From assembly GCA_963737905.1 (NCBI GenBank), contig CAVTUQ010000034.1, positions 1-64,000 on the forward strand: a stretch of DNA of 64,000 nucleotides. The letters are read 5' to 3'. Under the pieces are notes generated by a model. The model was not told the origin of the DNA. It saw only the letters and a list, made by a program, of their open reading frames with translations, and did no database searches. The position numbers and the translations under genes are program-made. The stretch is from an uncultured delta proteobacterium (GTDB taxonomy: Bacteria; Desulfobacterota; Binatia; UBA9968). Shown here in pieces: positions 51,949 to 59,895 of this stretch (positions are counted from its first letter, which is position 1; every line of letters starts with the position of its first letter).

Positions 51949-53484
51949 ATGGCCGAAACTCTGCACAATCTATATATCGGGTTTTCGGTCGCGCTGTCGC
52001 CGAACGTCCTGCTCTACGCGTTTGTCGGTTGTGTCATCGGCACTCTCGTGGGAGTCCTGCCGGGGGTAGGTCCGCTCGCGGGCATCAGTTTGCTCCTTCC
52101 CGCCTCCTTCGGTATGGACGCGACATCCGCAATGGTTCTACTGGCTGGTATTTACTACGGCGCCATGTACGGCGGATCGACGACATCGATCCTGATGCGC
52201 ATTCCCGGCGAGGCGGCCTCCGTTATGACCTGCATCGACGGATACGAAATGACGCGCAATGGCCGAGCCGGAGCGGCTTTGGCCATAGCAGCGGTAGGCT
52301 CCTATGTTGCCGGGACGGTTAGTGTTGTGGCCCTCATGCTTTTGGCGCCACCCCTGGCAAGCTTCGCTCTGCGTTTCGGGCCGCCCGAATATTTCGCTCT
52401 TTTGCTACTAGGTCTCCTAGCGCTCGCCTACATGAGCGGCGGCTCGATCCTCAAGTCTCTGGCCATGGCAGCGTTGGGTCTTCTCCTGGGTATGATCGGC
52501 ATCGATCCTATGACGGGCTTTTTTCGTTTTAGTTATGGGCTGGTGGAGTTGGGCGACGGGATTGGAATCGTTCCAGTGGCGGTGGGACTGTTTGGTCTTT
52601 CGGAAATCTTGCTGACCGCCGGACAACCGACTCCGCCTGAAATCAAGAAGCCCGGGTTGAGAGAGCTTCTCCCTTCGCGTGAAGAATGGCGCGATTCGCT
52701 TTGGCCCATAGGTCGGGGAACCGTTCTTGGCTTTTTGATCGGCATCATACCCGGCTCTGCCCACATCATATCGTCTTTCGTCTCATATGCGGTGGAGCGG
52801 CGGCTTTCCAAGCATCCCGAGCGCTTTGGAAAAGGCGCGATAGAGGGGGTCGCCGGTCCGGAATCGGCCAACAACTCGGCGACCTCGGGAGCCTTTGTTC
52901 CGATGCTTGCGCTGGGCGTCCCGTCCGGTCCCATCCCGGCCGTGATGATCGCGGCCATGATGGTCCACGGAATCTCGCCGGGACCTCTTTTGATCGCTCA
53001 ACAACCGGAGCTTTTCTGGGGTTTCATCGCGAGCATGTACGTGGGAAACGTGGTGCTGTTGATCCTCAATCTTCCGTTGGTAGGGATTTTCGTCAATGTT
53101 CTGAAAGTTCCGTATCCACTGCTTTATCCGGCGATTCTGATGTTTTGCGTTCTCGGCGTCTATGCCGTCAACGGGAGCGTTGTCGACATCGGGATCATGA
53201 CGGTGATGGGCGCACTCGGCTACGTGCTCCGCAAGTTTGACTTTGAGACCGCGCCGGTAGTATTGGGGCTGATATTGGCGCCGATGATGGAGATGAGCTT
53301 TCGCCAGTCCCTTTCGATGTCCTCGGGCAGCTATAGCATTTTCTTCAATCGCCCCATCGCGTTGGTGATGTTGATGGTGGCGCTGGCACTTCTCTTATTG
53401 AGCGTTGCGCCTTGGCTCATGAAAACGTTGGATTGGCGGCAAAGATTCGGACTTGCGAGTGGGCAGGAGAAGGAAGGCATGTGA
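51949..53484 (+). CDS. tctA: Tripartite tricarboxylate transporter TctA
   Basis: GVLPGVG, YGAMYGGS, IPGE, PESANN. Confidence 0.92.
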   Translation: MAETLHNLYIGFSVALSPNVLLYAFVGCVIGTLVGVLPGVGPLAGISLLLPASFGMDATSAMVLLAGIYYGAMYGGSTTSILMRIPGEAASVMTCIDGYEMTRNGRAGAALAIAAVGSYVAGTVSVVALMLLAPPLASFALRFGPPEYFALLLLGLLALAYMSGGSILKSLAMAALGLLLGMIGIDPMTGFFRFSYGLVELGDGIGIVPVAVGLFGLSEILLTAGQPTPPEIKKPGLRELLPSREEWRDSLWPIGRGTVLGFLIGIIPGSAHIISSFVSYAVERRLSKHPERFGKGAIEGVAGPESANNSATSGAFVPMLALGVPSGPIPAVMIAAMMVHGISPGPLLIAQQPELFWGFIASMYVGNVVLLILNLPLVGIFVNVLKVPYPLLYPAILMFCVLGVYAVNGSVVDIGIMTVMGALGYVLRKFDFETAPVVLGLILAPMMEMSFRQSLSMSSGSYSIFFNRPIALVMLMVALALLLLSVAPWLMKTLDWRQRFGLASGQEKEGM

Positions 53485-53509
53485 TTATCCGGCACGCGGG
53501 AGGTGAAAA

Positions 53510-54544
53510 ATGAGAGAGATCTACCGTCAAGATGCGCTGTGGCTACATAGACAGATCTATTTTATCCTGGCTCTACTGAGTGTAATTATTTTACTTTTCA
53601 GCCTCACCGCTGAATCTTTTGGACAAGAGAGCTATCCCAACCGTCCGATCACGATTGTCGCTCCGTTTCCTCCCGGTGGGGTCGCCGACCTGACGGCACG
53701 ACCCGTCGCAGCAGCGATGGAGAAGGTGCTGAAAAATCCTGTCGTGGTCGTCAACAAGACCGGAGCTGCGGGCGCGGTGGGGATGTCATATGTGGCGAAC
53801 AGCAAACCCGACGGCTACACCCTCCTGATGGCACTTTCCAGCATCTCGATCATTCCTGAAGCGGACAAGCTCTTCGACCGTAAGCCCGCGTACACCATGG
53901 AGCAGCTCATTCCGATCGGGCTGATTTCCGCTGATCCTACGATATTCGTGGTCAATGCGGATCGTCCGTGGAAAAACGTGAAGGAGTTCGTCGAAGACGC
54001 GAAGAAACGTCCGGGCGAGATTTCATACTCGTCCTCCGGCGTGTATGGCACGTTGCATATGGCGATGGAGATGTTTTCTCATGCCGCAGGGATTAATCTG
54101 AAGCACGTGCCGTACGCAGGAGCGGGTCCGGCTCTCACGGCAATCCTGGGTGGTCATGTGGACACGCTGGCATCCGGACCAGCCGTGGTCATCCCCCATA
54201 TCAAAGCCGGGAAGCTACGGCCCTTGGCGGGATGGGGCGCAAAACGGGTCGCTTCTCTCCCCGACGTTCCTACCTTCAAGGAGCTGGGATACGACATCGA
54301 GTTTTATATCTGGGCAGGCCTGTTTGCGCCGCGAGGAACACCCGCTCCGGTGATGCAAAAAGCCCGAGAATCCGTCAAGCAGGCAGTGAACACTCCGGAA
54401 TTCAAGTCAGCTATGGAAAAACTAGAGACCCCGATTGCCTATCTTGATGCGCCCGAGTTCCAGAAATTTTGGCAGAAGGACGCAAAGATGCTCGCCGATG
54501 CGATCAAGCGCGTAGGAAAAGTCGAGATCCCGGTAGCAAAATGA
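53510..54544 (+). CDS. tctC: TctC/Bug substrate-binding protein
   Basis: YPNRPI, PFPPGGVAD, KPDGYTL, HVPYAG, PDVPTFKELG. Confidence 0.9.
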   Translation: MREIYRQDALWLHRQIYFILALLSVIILLFSLTAESFGQESYPNRPITIVAPFPPGGVADLTARPVAAAMEKVLKNPVVVVNKTGAAGAVGMSYVANSKPDGYTLLMALSSISIIPEADKLFDRKPAYTMEQLIPIGLISADPTIFVVNADRPWKNVKEFVEDAKKRPGEISYSSSGVYGTLHMAMEMFSHAAGINLKHVPYAGAGPALTAILGGHVDTLASGPAVVIPHIKAGKLRPLAGWGAKRVASLPDVPTFKELGYDIEFYIWAGLFAPRGTPAPVMQKARESVKQAVNTPEFKSAMEKLETPIAYLDAPEFQKFWQKDAKMLADAIKRVGKVEIPVAK

Positions 54545-54614
54545 AGCATTGGAGCAATTGTCGAAAGGCTCAGCCGGTTGAACGCATGGGTGTTTTTCTG
54601 TGCATGTTAGGTTG

Positions 54615-54933
54615 GGGTCTTCAGGCTTTGACGTGAAACAGGCTCGGAGATTGCACCGCGGAGGCGCGGAGGACGCGGAGTAATGAGTTCTTGGTTAAAA
54701 AATTTTCCGATCTCTGCGAGCTCCGTACTACTATGCTGCGAAATTTTCGCGGCTTGCGCAAATTTTCTATCAGAGGGATTAACCACAAAGAACGCATAGA
54801 ACACAAAAAAGATAATTGTTCTTTCCTGCGACCTTTGTGTTCTTTGCGGTTAAATCTCTCCTTTACTTTGGTTGCGGCTTCGCCGCGCTGGGCCTCTGTG
54901 GTGATACTTTTTCACAGGAAACCCGGAATAACC
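54615..54933. repeat. ~150-bp dispersed element carrying a ~165-bp insert (about 54727-54891)
   Basis: Alignment with 51237..51390. Confidence 0.75.
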
Positions 54934-54981
54934 GTAGGTCAAGCGAGGTATAAGATGACTCTTGATCGAGTTTACAAACAG

Positions 54982-56229
54982 ATGACCATGAAGCGGATCT
55001 GGATCCTCGTAGCCTCATTTTGGTTGTTGCTAGCAAATAACGCTGGGGCTGCGACTAAGGGCGGCGTACCGCTCCGCGTGGCGTACAGCTCGATTTCGGG
55101 AGCTGGCATTGTGACATGGCTCGCCGTCGATAGAGGTTTATTTGCGAAAAACAATCTGGACGTCGAATTGATTTACGTCGCCGGCTCCCAGGCGATGCAG
55201 TCGCTGCTCGGCGGCACGACGCCGATCGGCATCCAGGGTATCGAGCCGGTCTTTCGAGTAAACGCCCACGGCAACGACACGGTAATGATCCTGGGGATGG
55301 TGACCAAGCCGCCCTTTTCGATCATCGTGCGCCCCGAGATCAAGGACTACCGCGAGCTCAAGGGCAAGCCCATGGGCATCACTCGTTACGGTTCGTCAAC
55401 GGATATGCTTCTCCGCCTGTCGCTGGAAAAATGGGGATTCAAGCCCGAGGTTGACGTGCCGATTCTGCAAATGGGCGGGGTGCCGCCGATCTTGGCCGGG
55501 ATGGAGTCGCGGAAAATTTTCGGCGGGCCGCTGTCCCTACCGACGTTAGCGCGGGCGAAGCAGGAAGGATACCGCGAGCTGGCTGACGTGGCGGATCTGG
55601 TTCCGGACTATCAGGTGGCCGGAGTGGTTACCCGGCGAGCGTTTATCAAACAGAACCCCGAAGTCGTTCGGGGTTTTGTCAAAGCGATCGCGGAGGCGAT
55701 GGCGTTATTCAGAAAAGATCCCGAGTCCGTAAGGAAGGTAATGAAAGAGCGGCTCAAGATCGACGATTCAGTAGTTATCGAGGAAACGCAGAAGGACTAT
55801 CCGCGCTATATGCCTAAAGTTCCCTACCCCAGCCGGGCCGGCATCGCGGTGATCAAAGCGTTCTTGGATAAGAACGAGCCGGCCGTGCGTTCGCTGGCGA
55901 TCGACGATCAGATCGACAATCAGTTCGTGCGCGAGCTTGAACAGAGTGGGTTTTTTAACAGTCCCATACGCCAAGTGACGGGGCGCAGAAAACACACTCT
56001 TCCGCCAACTCTTTCTCTCCCTTCAGGCAAAATCCGCTTCACGGATAGAAATATCGCGTGCGAAGAAGTCGCCGAACCCGCTTCGCCTTTGCGAGCCTGT
56101 GAATCAGCTTCGATTGTCAGCCCTATTGATAATAGGCAGCCCAGCTTTTGTCGTCCCGCTACGCTTCAAAGAATCCTTGACATCTACTTGTCGGAGCAGG
56201 AAAATCCCGATGGCTCATTCAAATTTTAG
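54982..56229 (+). CDS. NMT1/THI5-like substrate-binding protein with a non-homologous ~90-aa tail
   Basis: RGLFAKNNLDVE, ELKGKPMGITRYGS; homology ends at ELEQSGFF (~55957). Confidence 0.75.
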   Translation: MTMKRIWILVASFWLLLANNAGAATKGGVPLRVAYSSISGAGIVTWLAVDRGLFAKNNLDVELIYVAGSQAMQSLLGGTTPIGIQGIEPVFRVNAHGNDTVMILGMVTKPPFSIIVRPEIKDYRELKGKPMGITRYGSSTDMLLRLSLEKWGFKPEVDVPILQMGGVPPILAGMESRKIFGGPLSLPTLARAKQEGYRELADVADLVPDYQVAGVVTRRAFIKQNPEVVRGFVKAIAEAMALFRKDPESVRKVMKERLKIDDSVVIEETQKDYPRYMPKVPYPSRAGIAVIKAFLDKNEPAVRSLAIDDQIDNQFVRELEQSGFFNSPIRQVTGRRKHTLPPTLSLPSGKIRFTDRNIACEEVAEPASPLRACESASIVSPIDNRQPSFCRPATLQRILDIYLSEQENPDGSFKF

Positions 56230-56267
56230 GATCGTACTAGGTTGAACAACAGACTCAATAGTTAGGC
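56177..56267 (+). promoter_or_regulatory. Putative Pc-like promoter and attI-like site of cassette array B
   Basis: TTGACA-17-GAAAAT at 56177-56205; AATA-GTTAGGC core at 56261 immediately before the first ORF. Confidence 0.5.
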
Positions 56268-56277
56268 AATATGAAAA

Positions 56278-57216
56278 GTGAACATTTTTGAGAAATATCC
56301 CGGTAGCACCTTCCTGAAAAATCTTCCCGACGATTCGGAATTCTTTCCTCTCCGTGAAAGAATCGTTGACCTTTTTCGATTCCTCGACGGCCTCGAAGAT
56401 CGTCATTTCGAGCAACAACTCGACCGAGATCCGCACGCGCGATTGTGGGAAATGATGTTGGCGATGGTATTGAAATCTGAAGGCTATGAACTAAAGAGTA
56501 CCGATCACGGACCAGATTTTGTCATCGAAAAAAAGGGCAACCGGGTTTTCATAGAGGCCGTTTGTCCGGGGCCAGGAGACGAGAGCAATCCTAACTCGGT
56601 TCCGCCAATAGTCCACGGAGCGCCAATAGCTCAGGAAGTCCCTGTACCACAGATCGTCTTGCGTATTCGCAGCGCACTTGAGGACAAGAAGCGGAAATAT
56701 AAAAACTATATCGAACAAGGAATCGTATCTTCGGACGACTGTTGTGTTATCGCGCTCAGCTCATCGAAACTCAGCCCCAGGGCCAAATCGTGGCCACCGA
56801 CAATCATGAGGGCAACCCACGGTTTGGGAAATCCATATGTGATATTTGGCAAGGGTGAAGGAGTTGTCGGTGAAGGCATTGAATCATGTGAGAGCATTTC
56901 GAAGGTCAGCGGGGAGGACATCGACACGAGGTTTTTTCTATCTGAGGAGAATGGTTTAATCTCAGCGGTGTTGTATTCAGACTGCTCATTTTTTTCTTTG
57001 GTCTTCGACGTGTTTGAAGAATCGATGTTTATCCACAATCCAAAAGCACGTGTGCCCGTCCCTCAGGGGCTTGTCAAAGGAATAAAAGAGATTTGGACAA
57101 TACGTTGCCACGACAGTTCAGAGTGGCGGGCATACAGAATAAGGGATGCCCAACAAACGGCTGAGGCAACGGCGAAAACACCGTGCCTCAGCCTTAGCGT
57201 TAGACAATTGCGATGA
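56278..57216 (+). CDS. Cassette-borne hypothetical protein with a PD-(D/E)xK-like signature
   Basis: GPDF...FIEAV; more AT-rich than flanks; reads through its attC. Confidence 0.6.
   Translation: MNIFEKYPGSTFLKNLPDDSEFFPLRERIVDLFRFLDGLEDRHFEQQLDRDPHARLWEMMLAMVLKSEGYELKSTDHGPDFVIEKKGNRVFIEAVCPGPGDESNPNSVPPIVHGAPIAQEVPVPQIVLRIRSALEDKKRKYKNYIEQGIVSSDDCCVIALSSSKLSPRAKSWPPTIMRATHGLGNPYVIFGKGEGVVGEGIESCESISKVSGEDIDTRFFLSEENGLISAVLYSDCSFFSLVFDVFEESMFIHNPKARVPVPQGLVKGIKEIWTIRCHDSSEWRAYRIRDAQQTAEATAKTPCLSLSVRQLR
57148..57205 (+). mobile_element. Integron attC site (58 bp)
   Basis: GCCCAAC ... GGCTGAGGCA / TGCCTCAGCC ... GCGTTAGAC. Confidence 0.75.
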
Positions 57217-57464
57217 AATCATCGACTACTGCCACGCTTGGCGGCCTCGTGGGACGCCTGTTTTTGCGGCCGGTCGGGTCGAGTCGACCGGCGGCCATCA
57301 TAGCTTGGTGGGAGAGGCGGCGAATTGCTTACAACCTCATTGTCGGCCTGGTGGGCGCCGTCACCCATACGTATCATGGAGAAGCGGAACAGAGTGCACG
57401 AGTACGGCTGATATCAGCGCGAAAAGCAACAAAGAATGAAAAGAAGCAATACCAGAGGAAATAA
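57213..57464 (+). pseudogene. Chimeric ORF: membrane-protein N-terminus fused to a BrnT-like toxin C-terminus
   Basis: AWWERRRIAYNLIVG followed by VTHTY...RLISARKATKNEKKQY. Confidence 0.6.
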
Positions 57465-57467
57465 AAT

Positions 57468-57668
57468 ATGAGACGAGAATATGATTTTTCGAAAGCCGTT
57501 CGAGGAAAATTTTATCGGAAAGGCGCCGAACTGCGGTTACCCATTTATCTCGACCCTAAACTGCAGAGCAAACTGGAGCGCATTGCTCGCAGGAAAGGCA
57601 AGGATGTCACCGAGATGGTCAATCAGTTGCTGCGGAAAGACATCGAGTTTCTTGAAGAACTGACCTGA
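57468..57668 (+). CDS. BrnA-like antitoxin
   Basis: MRREYDFSKAVRGKFY, IYLD; lies directly after the BrnT-like sequence. Confidence 0.7.
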   Translation: MRREYDFSKAVRGKFYRKGAELRLPIYLDPKLQSKLERIARRKGKDVTEMVNQLLRKDIEFLEELT

Positions 57669-57680
57669 ACCAACTTGCAG

Positions 57681-57761
57681 CCCTAACCAGCGGCTTGAGA
57701 AAGACATGCGGCCCCCCTCGCAAAGCTCGCGGACCGTCGCTTCTCAGCCTTCGCGTTAACC
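57681..57761 (+). mobile_element. Integron attC site (81 bp)
   Basis: CCCTAAC ... GGCTTGAGAA / TTCTCAGCC ... GCGTTAACC with one unpaired base in the left arm. Confidence 0.75.
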
Positions 57762-57825
57762 CGGAGATTGAATTGAATCCTTTATCTCTCCAACCTTTTT
57801 TGTGATCAGTTCGCGACGGGTCTTG

Positions 57826-58773
57826 TCACCGGCCGACGGGCGCAAAGAGATCGCTAAGCTTCGGCCGATAGGGGATATATCCCTGTTCTTCCGCGTACTG
57901 GACGAATTTTTCCAGCACGACCTGGTTCTCCGGAGTTAAGCCGTGCGCCCAGGGATTGTCACCGAAAACTTCTTCCTCTTCTTCCAGGATCAATACCGCG
58001 CTCGGAAACGCTGAGCGCTTGGCGTAGTCATAGGATTTTCGGCAAAGCTTCTCTGCCTCACCGAACGCGTTCAAGAGGCTGGACACGATCCATGGATGCT
58101 GGTCGAAGAGGGACTGCCGCACGACCAGAGTATGAGTGATCGGAAAAATTCTTCGTCTTGCGAAAGTATTCGTTTACCGTGGCCCGCGGGTCCTTGAAGA
58201 CACGGCGAATGCGGGGATCTTTCGCTCGAAACGATGGCACGATGTTGGGCGGAATCAGCGCGTCGATTTCGCCACGCAGCAGTAGCGCCTCGGTGGGCTC
58301 GTCCACAACGGTTATGTTGACACCCGCCGGCGGTTCATAACCGGCTCGTTCGGGCGCCGAGGTGAACCACTTGCAGTCTTCCGGCCGCACCCCGTGATAT
58401 TCCCGGAGAATTCCTCTAGCCCAAAGGCCCACGGTCAAGCGGTACTCATCCATGCCGATTTTCTTGCCTTTGAGATCCTCTGGCCGCTCGATTCCCGAGG
58501 AAGCCGAGCAAAAAATGTAAGGGTGAATCTGCATGCGCAGCGGAAAAATCGGCAGCGCGATGACCGGCTCGTTGCGGCAGCGCGCCATCATGTACCAGGA
58601 GAGCGACATCTCGGCGATGTCGAATTCTTCGTAGACCGGGCGCATGCACGCTTCGCCGGATTCGGCGCGTCGCGGCTGAAGCCGTATGCCCTCAGCCGAA
58701 ACTTCGCCAGAGAGGAGGGGCCGTGTCCGATGATAATCCGCGAGCATGAGCGTCAGTTCGAGATCTGTGCCAT
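57826..58773 (-). CDS. 4,5-dihydroxyphthalate decarboxylase-like protein, frameshifts ~58770 and ~58149
   Basis: YHRTRPL, FDIAEMSLS, ALPIFP, WARGIL, IFPITH, PWAHGL, YAEEQG. Confidence 0.75.
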
Positions 58774-58825
58774 GGTGGTTCCTCCGAACAGTTGTCGGTA
58801 AGTGATTCTGTTTTCGTCACATTGG

Positions 58826-58882
58826 TTTCAGGTTTCGGGTTTCAGTCGGGAAGGCACCGAGACCTGAAACCTGAAACCCGAA
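58826..58882. repeat. Inverted period-7 array (GTTTCAG/GTTTCGG ... CCTGAAA)
   Basis: ggtttcaggtttcgggtttcag ... gacctgaaacctgaaacccgaa. Confidence 0.65.
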
Positions 58883-58888
58883 GCCTTT

Positions 58889-59872
58889 TCATCGGCTCTG
58901 GCCGAGCGCTTTCAGTAAAAACTGCCGGGTGAAAAACTTTTCCGCACCACCGAGTTTTTTTGCTTCCGTCTCGATGCGCGTGGCGGCGATCAGGGACTCG
59001 ACATCGTCTTTGGTGATTGAAATCGAGTACAGCCCGGCAAACTGGTTGATCACTTTGCGCACCGTTGCCGGATCGCCGAAGGTGTTTTTCTTGATCACGG
59101 CATCTGCGACTTTGTCAGGATTCTTCTTGAGAAAATCCAGCCCCCGATTGATGGCCCGCAAGAGCGCGACTGCGCCCTCGGGATCGCTTTCGATTTTCTC
59201 TTTGCCGGAAACAATGACCACGAATGGGAAGCCGGGCATGACGCTGCCGATGTCGAAGAGGACGGGAAAGCCTTTTTTTTCAAGCTCCAACCTTTCCAAA
59301 AAAGAAAACGGGGAGGCCTGAATCTTGCCCGTTTCCAACGCCTGGGCGCGCGCCGGACTGTTGCCGACGCCGTAGAGAATCTTATAATCCCGGTCGCGCA
59401 CCAGTCCTTTCTTGGCGAGGCCTTCCACAGCAGCAAACTCCGCGATGCCGCCGGGACCCGTTACGCCGACCACTTTGCCTTTCAGATCGCCCACGCCGGT
59501 CATCCCTTTGGCGCCGACCAAGGTGTAATCCATATACGGTTGGATGCCGCTAATGATGATCATGGGCGCGTTTTGCGCGATCGCCCGAACCGCCGCGATT
59601 CCGGCGACGAAAATATAATCCACACCGCCGCCGACGAGGGCGGCCATAGCCGTCGGTCCGCCTCTGATAAAGACCGTTTTAACTTCCAAACCTTCGGCGG
59701 CGAAGAAGCCAAAATCCTGAGCAACAACGATGGCCAGCGTCCCGCTCAAGGTCGGGGTGTTATAAGCGAAGGTTACGGGCTTCGCCATAGCATGGACTGG
59801 CCAACCCAAGCAGATCAAAATTAAAATTAGAATCAGCCGGTTGTTTCTCCTGGCAGCACTCCAATATTCCAT
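58889..59872 (-). CDS. NMT1/THI5-like substrate-binding protein (start uncertain)
   Basis: GFFAAEGLEV, DLKGKVVGV, GKIQAS; first codons overlap a TACTCCA repeat. Confidence 0.8.
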   Translation of the reverse strand: MEYWSAARRNNRLILILILICLGWPVHAMAKPVTFAYNTPTLSGTLAIVVAQDFGFFAAEGLEVKTVFIRGGPTAMAALVGGGVDYIFVAGIAAVRAIAQNAPMIIISGIQPYMDYTLVGAKGMTGVGDLKGKVVGVTGPGGIAEFAAVEGLAKKGLVRDRDYKILYGVGNSPARAQALETGKIQASPFSFLERLELEKKGFPVLFDIGSVMPGFPFVVIVSGKEKIESDPEGAVALLRAINRGLDFLKKNPDKVADAVIKKNTFGDPATVRKVINQFAGLYSISITKDDVESLIAATRIETEAKKLGGAEKFFTRQFLLKALGQSR

Positions 59873-59895
59873 TACTCCAATACTCCAATCGTCTC

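Noticed and set aside
54691-54981. Long N-terminal extension of the binding protein
   Set aside because: It is translated repeat sequence; the signal peptide starts at ~54982.
45513-56260. An integron integrase next to either cassette array
   Set aside because: No ORF with tyrosine-recombinase motifs (R, H-x-x-R, Y) in the ORF track or in the short spacers.
2300-58773. Frameshifts at ~2460, 9727, 32275, 40640, 45345, 46242, 46577, 49306, 58149 and 58770 as programmed frameshifting or phase variation
   Set aside because: They are single-base indels in unrelated genes, several in short homopolymers, with no shared slippery motif. Long-read consensus error is the simpler explanation; reads are needed to settle it.
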